Shown here one piece after another: positions 53,211 to 64,000 of a DNA stretch of 64,000 bases. The DNA is from Octopus sinensis (taxonomy: Eukaryota). Numbering within the stretch: the first letter of the stretch is position 1; every line of letters starts with the position of its first letter. A program made the position numbers and the translations under genes. The notes under the pieces were generated by a model. It was not told where the DNA came from and ran no database searches. It saw only the letters and a list, made by a program, of their open reading frames with translations. The stretch is from positions 40,238,001-40,302,000 of the forward strand of contig NC_043013.1 in NCBI RefSeq assembly GCF_006345805.1, given 5' to 3'.

Positions 53211-53498
53211 AGAGCCATTATGCCAATATAATTAACACACATTAGTTCGATTCCACTCATTTATTATTAATCAGTTGGTTAAATATCTGATTATTTTGTT
53301 TTTGTTTGTCAAAGCTCTTCCATTAGTATTTGCAACCTTTCCAATACACTAGCAAGATCTCAAACAAATACAGCCTCTATAACGGATTAAGTCGGTAGTC
53401 ATTGAAAAGGTTGCAAGCAGCAATGAAAGAGCTTTGACAAACAAAACAATTGGATATTGAACCAGTGTGTGTGTTAATTATATTGGCATAATGACTCT
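53211..53498. repeat. Long imperfect inverted repeat (hairpin/MITE) downstream of the MPPED-like stop
   Basis: agagccattatgccaatataattaacacac pairs with gtgtgttaattatattggcataatgactct; ttgtttgtcaaagctcttccatt..ttgcaacctttccaat pairs with attgaaaaggttgcaa..aatgaaagagctttgacaaacaa. Loop 53346-53400. Confidence 0.85.
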
Positions 53499-53951
53499 GT
53501 AAACACAACAAAATCATGTTGATTGTTTAACCCTTCAGCATTCAGTTTACTGTCAAATGTAATGCTTATCTATTCACATCATTTTCAATTAATCGTGTAT
53601 TATCCTGTTGCTTTGACATTTTGATGATGTAACAGTCTATATTCTGAATGATATTGTTGAATAGGTATAAGCTAGATCTGGCCAGTTGGAACATAAAACA
53701 GGTTTAAACATTGAAGGGTTAAACTAAATAATACTGGTTTTTCTTATTTGTTTTCTCACCTGACAACTGGTTATGAAACATTTGCTCTCAAAAATTAATG
53801 CAAATGTCTGGATTTGTTTACAATCTGACTTGCAAATTGGAAAAATTGAATATAAAACAGTTTAACAAAAATCTCAACAAAAACGTTTAACATTAAGTAA
53901 ATATATGAATTGAAAGAAAAAGGAGTGGAAATGTAAGCGTTTTCTGTAATG

Positions 53952-54076
53952 TTAAGATGCCTCAGAATTGTATAAGGGGAGATCAAAGACAATGGGTGGA
54001 TTTGTAAGGCAGTAGTTTATTGAACAGCTTGAAGCATTGATGAATGTTGTCGTCTTATTAGTCAGGATGCCATAAT
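53952..54076 (-). CDS. MPPED: MPPED-like metallophosphoesterase, last coding exon
   Basis: atatttcag acceptor; (D)YGILTNKTTTFINASSCSINYCLTNPPIVFDLPLYNSEAS*, matching the MPPED C-terminus GYG...TTYINAS.C...PTNPPIIFDLP. Confidence 0.92.
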
Positions 54077-54563
54077 CTGAAATATAAAAATAGATGTTCA
54101 GAATTACTATGTTAGTAAAAAAACAGTAATTAATTAACTTTTTTTTTACTTGTTTTAGTCATTAGACTGTGGCCATGCTGGTGCAACACCTTAAAGAATT
54201 TTAGTTGACTGAATCAACCCCAGTACTATTTTTTTTGTTGAACTGCTAAGTTATGGAGATGTAAACACCAAAATTGGTTGCCATGTGGTGTTGAGGGGAC
54301 AGACACAAAGACAAACATGTATATACATAGACACACAAGGTTCTTTTAATGCCCATGTCCTAAATGCATTCACAAGGCTACAGTAGAAGACATTTGCCTA
54401 AGGTGGCACACAGTCGGGTACTGAACCCAGAACCATGTGGTTGAGAAGCAAACTTCTTACCACATAGCTACTCTTGTGCCTATGAATAAATATACTAGGA
54501 AAAAAAAATGCAGAACTACCAGCATTGGGTGGGATACCTTGCAATAATAATTCTGATTCTAAA

Positions 54564-55180
54564 GTGGTGAGCTGGCAGGAACATTAGCACACCAGGCTGT
54601 TACGTTCTGAGTTCAAATTCTGCCGAGGTCGACTTCGCCTTTCATCCTTTCGGGGTCGATAAATTAAGTACCAGTTATGCACTGGGGTTGATGTAATCGA
54701 CTTAAACCGTTTGTCTCCTCTGTGTTTAGCCTCTTGTGAGTAGTAAAGAAATAGGTATTTTGTTTCTCTTTATGTTCTGAGTTCAAATTGTGCTGAGCTC
54801 GACTTGCCTTTCATCCTTTCAGGGTCAATAAATAAAGTACCAGTTGTGTACTGGAGTCGATCTAATTGACTGGCCCCCTCAACCAACATTTTGGGGCTTG
54901 TGGACTGGAGCAACATGAAATGAAGTGTTTTGCTCAAGAACACAATGGATCACCTGGTCCAGGGATTGAAACTATAATCTTATGGTTTTGAATCCAACAC
55001 CTTAACCACTAAGCAACGTGCCTCCACTAGTGGTACTCATTTGTACAACTGAGTGAACTGGAGCAACATGAAATGAAGTGTTTTGCTCAAGAACACAACA
55101 CATCCAGTCCAGGAATCAAAACCACAATCTTTCGATCATGAGTCCAACACCCTAACCACTAAGCCATGCACCTGCACTAT
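54564..55180. mobile_element. SINE cluster: two family A copies (+) and two tandem tRNA-head SINE copies (-)
   Basis: Family A motif twice; identical 42-mer actggagcaacatgaaatgaagtgttttgctcaagaacacaa at 54904 and 55057. Confidence 0.8.
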
Positions 55181-55841
55181 AGGAAGAATATAGCTGATTG
55201 GAATAAGCCACTGTATTACTGGTATTATCACAAATTCTATAGAACTGAGTCAAGCTTCCATAGAATCTGTAATCTCTGTTGAAATATCTATAACAGGAAA
55301 TTAATCATATTTCTAACAACTTTGAAAAAATTGCATGAACATCACAACTTTCACTTAAATCCAAGGCCTATGGCTATAAGAAAACTGAATTGGTAGAGTT
55401 GTTATAATATTAGATATAATGCCTCATAATATATGTTCCAAACCTCTATGCTTTGAGTTCAAATACCACCAGCATCAACTGTGCCTTTCATCCTTCTGGT
55501 GGGGTCAATGAAAAAGTACCCATTCAGGTACCTATTGGTAAAACTTAGGGGTTCAAGCAAGATGCGTAACTATTTGTTCTGGCTCCTTGTGTTCTGACAG
55601 CAACATCTGCAACAACACTGGTGCCAAGCCAAGTTAGCAACCTTTCCTTTGGATAGATATTGGTGGCATGGAGAGGGGCAACTGCTAATCTTCCTTAAAA
55701 AAAAAAAATCTTGCTGAGGTATGCACATAGCTATGCCGATACATGGTCAACCTTGATTGATGGAGAGCCCCATGACTACAAGAAAACGATATTAATTATA
55801 AAAAAAAGAAAAGAAATGATGTAATTGAAAATAATTTTCAC

Positions 55842-55952
55842 CTTCATGAATATGTCCGTAAATATGAAATTTTGGTTGGACTCGCTTCTGAATGGTGTTG
55901 AGGAGGTCAACACAACCAGCCCTCAAGCCAGATCTGCAAAGGTCTCCATAAC
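55842..55952 (-). CDS. MPPED: MPPED-like exon carrying the GHIHE motif
   Basis: ccatactacag acceptor, GAAG|gtgaaa donor; 111 nt, (G)YGDLCRSGLRAGCVDLLNTIQKRVQPKFHIYGHIHE, phase 1 at both ends. Confidence 0.95.
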
Positions 55953-56397
55953 CTGTAGTATGGGGATAAAAGAAGAAAATCATCATTATCATCACCACCA
56001 CTGGTGTTGCTGTCATTGTTTTAATATTGTTTGCTTTTCCATGCTTGCATGGGTCAGACAAGAATAATTTGGGGGCAGAGTTTTCTACAGATGCCCTACT
56101 TGATACTAATCCCCAATCAGTCTATGAGATAGCAAATAGCCCAATCACTGTTACACGGAGAACTAGAAACAAACAACACCAGTTGAATGAGCCTTTTGTT
56201 TACAAAGATCATAAAACATGTCAAGAAACTCAGGCATACTTTCATTATGGACTGCAGGGAAAGAACACCATTTGTTTGTGAGGCCATTATTTACGACCAG
56301 CAAACACAAAGACAAGAAATATGAACACAAATACATATAATTATATGCATAATAATTAATATTTTATTTGGATCCCCTTTCTAATGATATATATATA

Positions 56398-56639
56398 TAT
56401 CTTCTTAATATATAAAATCCGTTCCGTCTGTTTGTGCCCTTACAACTCAAGTTCATCCGATCACACTGAAATTTTAAACATGGATACATGAGAGACCTGG
56501 GTGTCCTGTAATCTAAAAAGATTTTCAAAATCATTAGTTTCAAAGTGAGAATCACTATTTGTGTAATCTTTATGTCCAGTTTGTTCTGCCATTAAAACAA
56601 CCAGTAACTCAAGACAGGCGGTTTGTGTCATTTCACTAG
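56398..56639 (+). mobile_element. Short Helitron-like element, decayed
   Basis: Starts A|TCTTCTTAATATATAAAATCCGTTCCGTCTGTTTG and ends gacaggcggtttgtgtcatttcaCTAG. Confidence 0.45.
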
Positions 56640-57149
56640 CAACAAGGGGAGTACAGGATGACAGTCAGCCAAAACCATCCCTATGCTGTCTCTCTTCTTT
56701 CATCTCTCTGTGGGGTTAATAATCTTAATCTTTAGTTACAGTTTTTCATTAAAGCTACATAATAGGCAGAATTGTCGGATTAAGACAGTAGGGTGTTTTG
56801 TGGGAGATTTGGCTGCTATTTCTACCAGGTCTAGCTACCATGTACAGGTCTGCCTCATCTTTGACATTATATATTCCTTATGCTTTCCAAAACCGAGTTA
56901 CAGACTTTGACATATGGGATATCAAAAGATTCAGTACTATTTTGGCTACAAATTAAACTTAATTTAATTTTCATTCACATATTTGCATTTCAAAAGTTAA
57001 CAATCTTTTCCATAAATCAACTATTGTAAAAATTTTATACTATTACATCACATTTTCTATATGTGTGTGTGTACCTTAAAAGACGTCAATCATCACAACA
57101 CACACCTTCACTCACTCACCTCTATCTCTCTTTCTCACCCTCTTTCTCT

Positions 57150-57420
57150 CTCTCATGCACAAGCACATGTATGTGAGAAGAGAACACAATATGTAGGATC
57201 TAACTCAGAAAACTGAGCAACATGACCAAACAGTCTGAATTGATGCTCCCAAATCATACAAGTAACGGGATGCATCCCTGTTTCTGAGTATAGTCGTTGC
57301 CATCCACATCTGGTAAATCCCAATAAATCAAGAATCCTTTCTCTCAAACCAAGTCCACTTTTCCTGCTTCCATTGTAACCTCTACCAGAGCACTCTTACA
57401 AACAGATGCTTCAGGTGACT
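57150..57420 (-). pseudogene. RTE LINE RT C-terminal fragment
   Basis: QRLYSETGMHPVTCMIWEHQFRLFGHVAQF resembles RTE (N/S)ERLL.ET....I...I..RQLRL.GH.AR. Confidence 0.6.
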
Positions 57421-58872
57421 TGCCAACATGTATTTCATATACATCTATCTTTGTTTATCCTTGATTCATTCATTGCTGATCTGGGATAACAGTATGCTCA
57501 ACTATTACATATTATGCTTATCACAAATTGATTTGTGAAAATATAGGTTGGCAACCAGTTAAAGATTCTGCTTGGACTGCATAAGTGCACTCCAATGACC
57601 ACTCACAATGCTCAGCACAACTCAGGGCCTCAGAATGAAATCTATTTTTCCATATGTTCTATTATTCATTTACCAATGATTTATTTAACATGATTTATCT
57701 TTTTTTAGCCAAACATCCATGATAAACATGAATAACTGCAGTTAAATATTGTACACAATGCACAGTATGGTCCTAGAACTGGCAGCTGTTCAATATATCC
57801 AAGATAAAAAGCCTGTGGCATCTTTCCAAGTATTTGTTCAGTTATCTCCATGCCATAGTACAGCAGTGCTCAACCTGAGATTTGAAGAGCCCTGGTGGAG
57901 GGCATATCTACAAATATAAACTTGGGTAACTGAAGTGAGTTCAAAATTTGTCAAGTAGTTCAGCCTTTCAAAAGCTTGGGATCTGTGGAAAAATTCACAT
58001 GGTCCTTGGTAGCAAAAAAAGTTGGGAACCACTTAATTAAAATTGTCAGAGGATATTCAGCAATTTCACATGATATTCAACCAAAGAGAATCATTTATCG
58101 CAGCACTTTTGTAGTTATAGTACAAACACTTGACCAAGATGTGACACAGTGGGACTGAATCCAAGTTCATGTGATTGAGAAGTGACTTTTTTAATCTTTT
58201 GACCATACTGCATCTGTACATTACACAGCAGGTGGCAAAAAGCCAGTCACAAAATATCAGTAACCTTTTCTCCCACCGGCATACATACTTATCTGAGCCC
58301 ACAAACTTCTTGTGCACTTAGTAATATCTAAAGTGTCTTAGATATCTTTAATAGCTGTCTTGTCTGTCTGTTTGTACATAATAATTCTTCTGTGTTCCCT
58401 TCCTCAGCTTCTTACCATAACAGGAAAGGATATTTTTAATGGCAATATGACATCATACGGACACATGTCTTGGTCTGTAATTTTTAACTTTAGTAACTTG
58501 AAGAATTAATTAGCATGGGGCATGGGTCGGACAGTTTAACAGGAGCTGACAAGCCAGAGAGCTGCACCAGGCTCCATTTGTCTGTTTTGACATGGCTTCT
58601 ATAGATGGATGTCCTTCCTTATGCTGCCTACTTTACAGAGTGTACTGGTTGGCATTAGAAAGGGCATCCAGCTGTAGAAACCATGCCAAAACAGACAAAT
58701 GGAGCCCAGTGCAGCTCTCCAGCTCCAGTTAAACCATCCAACCCATGCTGGCATGGAAAATAGATGTTAAGTGATGATGATGATGGAGAATATTCAGGGT
58801 GTCATTGATATACATACAATTTACAAAGAAAAATAAAAAAACGAAGACTAATTAAATAGAAAATTCTCTTAC

Positions 58873-58988
58873 CCAGAGGTGGTCCATGTGTTATTAAGAT
58901 ATCCACATCATCAGGGATAAGATTCCATTTATCCAGCAGTTTCTTGCCTCGGGGTACATTGAAGGCCCAGTCACAAAAACGTGGTTGC
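58873..58988 (-). CDS. MPPED: MPPED-like exon carrying the THGPP motif
   Basis: ttttacacag acceptor, CTGG|gtaaga donor; 116 nt, (W)QPRFCDWAFNVPRGKKLLDKWNLIPDDVDILITHGPPL(G). Confidence 0.95.
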
Positions 58989-59744
58989 CTGTGTAAAAAG
59001 AAAACTATGAAATACAAGTGACATCAGGCGATAGAGAATGTTAAGTGTGTTTCAGGTTCTTGTAGAATCAGTTTGAAACTAGATATAATTTTTGCATAAA
59101 GTTGTCTGACATGTAACAAAGATGTCACTAATGGGCTGTCATAATGATTTGAAACTTTCATCTCTGATGTAATCCTTTACAGATGCAATAAGTATAGGGT
59201 AGTTATGAAAGTTGGCTCCACTGGCAACTTATATGTTGGTGTCAAATATGTATATTTGGTGGTGGTGGGGGAGTTAATTGATTACATAGACCCCAGTATT
59301 CAACTGGTACCTATTTTATCAAATCTGGAGGAGTGAAAGGCAAAGTTGACCTCAGCAAAAATTTAACTTAGAATGTAAAGATGGCAAAAATGCCTCTAAG
59401 CATTCTCCTTGGCAAGCTAATGATTCTGTCGGCTCTTCGTTTTTGAATACATTAAAGAAGGATAGTAGGCAAGTTGAAAAAGAGAAAGAAATTTAGTCAC
59501 TAGAACTGGTTGACTAATTATGGTCTGTATCAGCAAAATCAGATATATATAATTTTTTTTTAAATAACCAAAGAGGTGAGCTTTGAAATGAAGAAGATAA
59601 TAACATTTTGGTAGGGATGTTTCTTTGAAGAAGAATCTTAGTTGTTCAGTAGCTAAAGTTAAATCTACCACAGACCTATATAAAAGGTATAAATATAATT
59701 GTACTGTTCAATATTTCAAATATCTGGTTCTTAGATATAATTAG

Positions 59745-60070
59745 GACTCCATTGCTTATGATGACAAGTGCTCCAGTTGATCTGTTCTCCGGAACAGCCT
59801 GCTTGTGAAATTAACATGCAAGTGGCTGAGTACTCCACAGACACATGTACTCTTAATGTAGTTTTCAGGGAGATCCAACGTGACACAGAATGTGACAAGG
59901 CTGGCCTTTTGAATTATAGGTACAACTCACTTTTGCCAACTGAGTGAACTGGAGTAATGCAAAATAAAGTGTCTTGCTTAAGGACACAATGCACAACCAG
60001 GAATCAAACACATAACCTTACAATTGTATACTGAATACCCTAACCATTAAGCTATGTGCCTTGACTCCTT
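59745..60070 (-). mobile_element. tRNA-head SINE related to the copies at 54904 and 55057
   Basis: Minus strand gcacatagcttaatggttaggg...gtgtttgattcctgg...gtgtccttaagcaagacact. Confidence 0.65.
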
Positions 60071-60167
60071 AGATATAACTATTTGGTTGGGTCTACATTG
60101 TTGGTGGTTGAGGAACCATTTGGCAATCAACAAAATTTTATCTTCTACACATGATTACTCTCTCTAT

Positions 60168-60558
60168 TTTACTTGTTTCAGTCATTTGACTGCAGCCATG
60201 CTGGAGCACCACCTTTAGTCGAGCAAATCGACCCTAGGACTTATTTTTTATAAGCTTAGTACTTATTCTATCAGTCACTTTTGCTGAACCGCTAAGTTAC
60301 GGGGACATAAACACACCAGCATCAATTGTCAAGCGATGTTGGGAGGATAAACACAGACACACAAACACGCACACATATATAAACATATACATATATACAA
60401 CAGGTTTCTTTCAGTTTCCGTCTACCAAATCCACTCACAAGGCTTTGGTCGACCCGAGGCTATAGTAGAAGACCCTTGCCCAAGGTGCCACACAGTGGGA
60501 CTGAACTCGGAACCATGTGGTTGGTAAGCAAGCTACTTACCACACAGCCACTCCTGCG
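60168..60558 (-). mobile_element. SINE family B, near full length, partly CpG-decayed
   Basis: tcagtcatttgactgcagccatgctggagcaccacc...ctacttaccacacagccactcctgc. Confidence 0.9.
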
Positions 60559-61142
60559 TCTATCTTTTGATTGCTATCTTTTTTTTTCTCTCCAAGATAT
60601 TAAGCAAATAAGATTTGTTTAGGATTTACCATTTATGACCTGCTTTTCACAACATATCAACCCAACTTGGCACTTTCAAGAGGAATATGTTTATTTCTAA
60701 TATAGACATAAAGTAAAATTTATGCAGAAACAATTAGGAAATGTTGAATCAATGCAAAATAGCTCAAATTCTTTAGAAAATATGGTGAAAGATGTTTGCA
60801 ATTAAACATATAGAGTATAGCAGAACCACCTGATGTTATAGCTATTTTGGTGTGTATGTATTTTTTATCATAATTAGCTGACAAAAACAGTGATGTTAGA
60901 CAGATGAGTAATTATTATTGAACAACACATGACAATTTATTTCTGTAATTACCATTGACTAGTTGGTGCTAATTATATACCAACATCAGTTTTAAATAGA
61001 ATACTGATATACTATGAAAAGTTAGTGGAAGAATTTCAGCCATGGCTCACAATTTCTTTATTTTTTTCATTATCATTGTCCTTCCTGAACCCAACTTACT
61101 TCAGTGGCCTCCTTACAGATATTAGTTAACAGCTGGTTTGTT

Positions 61143-61147
<5 letters not shown>

Positions 61148-61188
<41 letters not shown>

Positions 61189-61228
61189 GTGTGTGTGTGT
61201 GTGAGTGTGTGTTTGTGTGTGTGTGTGT
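61148..61228. repeat. (TG)n microsatellite
   Basis: Long TG run with few interruptions. Confidence 0.95.
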
Positions 61229-61315
61229 ATACATCTTTGCATTGAGATTGTTTCAGCTGCAATTACATTGTTTGACTCTTTAGCATTCAGATTACTCTGT
61301 CAAATGTAATACTTA

Positions 61316-61827
61316 CCGTAAATCCTCGAGTATAGTCCACCCTTGAGTATAATACACGGGGACTTTTAAGGGGCTGTACCTCTGAAAAACCTAAACCTTG
61401 TGTATAATACGCACCCCTTCGCTAACTTGAGTCAAGGAAGTCTATATAACGTACTTGGTTTGTAAAAATGTATGCAGTAACATCCTTTATTATCATTGTA
61501 TATATAACATAATGCAAACATGTAGACTTTTTGTGCATTTTGTTTGCATAAAAATAAAGAAATAACAGTAATAATGTTTAATAAATGTTGCTTACTGCAA
61601 GTTATGGATGATTCTTTTATGACTTCATTGCTTTCAGGCTTAGCTTAAGGTATTTTTGCGCCCGACATCTCAAAATGCATCTGAATAAACATTGCCAGAC
61701 AGCAAATAGAGACTTGAATATTGCTTAGAAAATAATTTTCATTTTTAACCTCATGTATAATACGCATTAGGGATTTTGACCTTTAAATTTTGGGAAAAAA
61801 ATGTGTATTATATTCGAGGATTTATGG
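61316..61827. mobile_element. Tigger/mariner-like MITE nested in a family D MITE (61273-62010)
   Basis: Inverted ends ccgtaaatcctcgagtata / tatattcgaggatttatgg with TA at 61314-15 and 61828-29; the host sequence resumes (tttattcacattg). Confidence 0.8.
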
Positions 61828-62221
61828 TATTTATTCACATTGTTTTGAATTAATCATGCAATTATCTCATAGCTTTAAAACTTTGATGATGATGTTGTAT
61901 ATTTTTTGAATAACATAGTAGGGTAGGTGTGAGAGGCCAGATCTGGCTGGTTTGAACATAAAACAGGTAGAGTATTTAGGCCGGATATGGCTGGTTGAAA
62001 TGCTAAAGGGTTATATCTCTTATAAATAAATAATAAAAAAACGGCCAACAGCAGTTTGATATGTGGAGACATGTAATAAATTACCTAACTTGTAAAAAGA
62101 ATAAGAGTTGGCACTGAGAAGGGCTTCTAACCATAGAATGCTGCCTCAAGAAATCTCATCCAACCCATGCTAGCATGGAAAAAGTGGAGATAAAATGATG
62201 ATGAAATATATTGAATCTTAC

Positions 62222-62441
62222 CAAGGAGAACCATAGATCTTATAACCATGGATATCCACATAAGAATCTTCCAAGTAAGTACAGTTGGTAAGAAAAGCTT
62301 TTCCTGACTCAACTTGTAAATCATTAAGGTCTCTCTCAATATCATTCTTGAAAATATACACTGGTTTTTTTAACAAATCTGTGTCGAAACTTATGTCATG
62401 ATTTCCAGCAATGACTATTTTATATTGATGAGGTAGAGATC
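62222..62441 (-). CDS. MPPED: MPPED-like exon carrying the GNHD motif
   Basis: taattgcag acceptor, CCTTG|gtaaga donor; 220 nt, (G)SLPHQYKIVIAGNHDISFD...FLTNCTYLEDSYVDIHGYKIYGSP(W), phase-compatible with exon 58988. Confidence 0.95.
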
Positions 62442-64000
62442 CTGCAATTATAAAAGCGTCTTAATAGTTTGTCTTATCAATACATTATAGGAACATAATT
62501 AAGTAACATATAAGTGGAGATATGATGCAAATGAAGCAGAGATGTAGAGTGGATTTTGGTTAACCTGTGTGGCAGCCAAATTGGCCACTCTGCACAGTCA
62601 ACAACTCAGTTACGCACTTCATTTACAGCAAGTATATATAAAGAGACTGCTCCACGCAGTGTGCACAGTCCATGCTCCACCACTGAAAGGAATCATGTAT
62701 TCTATGCTTTTTGAAAGGATAGCTGTATGTGTGTGTGTGTGTGTGTGTGTTGATGATGGCAATGGTAGACCAAGGAACAATTAATAAGAAATAAATCAAA
62801 TATGTGAATACTGGGTTTTATAGTATACCCTAACATATAGTATATCAAAATAAATGGGAAGACCTTTTATTGTAGACCCCTAGCCATAGGAACATGATGA
62901 AGAAAATGAACTTTCAATGGTCAGTTTTTTGTATTAATAAATGAATGAAGCCCTTGTTCAATGTATGCCTTGTCTTATTTAAAGTAGTGATTTTAACTTG
63001 TAAATCATTATATGCTATTCTGTATGTCAAAAATCCCTTCATGCAATGTGGAAAAGTCACACACCTTCATACCTTCTTTTACCAATGCATAACACCATAG
63101 GAACAGAGAAGAGGAAACAATTTTTTTTTGTTTACTAGTTTGACTTCTTGTGATAGAAAAGAACTGTCTTTTTTTCTTTTTCTCTCTTACTCACAAAGAT
63201 TTTTATAATCAACCACATAAATGAGAGAATTTCAAAATCTCAAATTTTAGCAAAAGGAAAAATCTCATTTAAAAAATGACACATTTGTCGAATCATTTAA
63301 GAGTTAACATTGTGGATTGTAGCATTCCTTTCATGGTCTACTCCTACCCAATTTGTAATGGTACCTTGGTTACACCTCAATAGCTATGAAATAAACAGTA
63401 TTTCTTTTTATATTTGGTATTGTAATCCTTATAAGTAGTTTGAAAATTATAACAATATATACTATTGGAGCAGTAACCTGATGATATTGTCAATTTCCAG
63501 TTGAAACTGTCTTTGCATTTCATCCTTCCTGGGATGGAGCAATAAAATAAATACCACTTAAATATTCATATACATCAAATTGTTTATACCTATCACCCAC
63601 ATCTAACAGAGTCATGAAGAAATGAAATTTTGTGGGGAAAAGTATAGTACCTCGATGGAGAAGATGGGACCTTTGGTACTGTGCAGTGGTGTCCAGTTCA
63701 GGATTTGTAGTAGATTTTGATTCTGAAATTTGGAGCTAGATCCTCCATTATTTTCCATATGTATAGCCCTGCATATCTTTCACATCTCCTCTCCAGGGAG
63801 TAGATGTGTATGTATGTATGTATGTATATGTATGGTGTGCGTGCGTGTATATTGTCACAATGAGGATATTCAAACCTCTTATAGGGATATTTGTCCAAGA
63901 TACACTGGTTTAATATTTTTAATTTTAAAGAGATAATCCTTCAACGAATATATTATATAGCATATCGTAAGATATCAGACATTTTTATTGAGTTAGAAAA

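Noticed and set aside
62127-62345. 72-aa ORF MILRETLMIYK..
   Set aside because: It is the wrong frame of the MPPED-like exon 62222-62441.
63640-63900. Possible upstream MPPED exon
   Set aside because: None of the minus-strand frames I translated around 63640-63760 gave the expected SDTH or GD motifs.

Overview
AT-rich, repeat-dense eukaryotic DNA, not prokaryotic. The SINE, MITE and LINE families look like those of octopus (coleoid cephalopod); this is an inference from recalled repeat motifs, not a database result. Two spliced protein-coding genes converge tail-to-tail. (1) Plus strand: a basic, single-RRM, Nop6-like RNA-binding protein. Exons at 38312-38366, 42846-43226, 44751-44845 and 48695-48842/48862 join in frame through GT-AG junctions; a probable 12-nt first coding exon at 16915-16926 sits behind a CpG-rich promoter with a CTCF-like motif. 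(2) Minus strand: an MPPED1/2-type metallophosphoesterase, with its last four exons at 62441-62222, 58988-58873, 55952-55842 and 54076-53952; the 5' exons are presumably beyond the window. The rest is decayed transposons (mariner, pogo/Tigger, R4/Dong, L1/Tx1, RTE, a solo LTR, Helitron/Helentron-like elements, piggyBac/hAT/mariner MITEs), several SINE families and microsatellites. No CRISPR array, rRNA or convincing tRNA gene was seen, and I found no clearly new multi-gene system. Best leads: a 416-bp near-perfect palindrome, two pre-miRNA-sized hairpins, a long hairpin downstream of the MPPED stop, a 56-bp inverted repeat bracketing 2.2 kb, and a shift in CpG decay of SINE copies at about 25.5-26.5 kb that suggests a methylation boundary.
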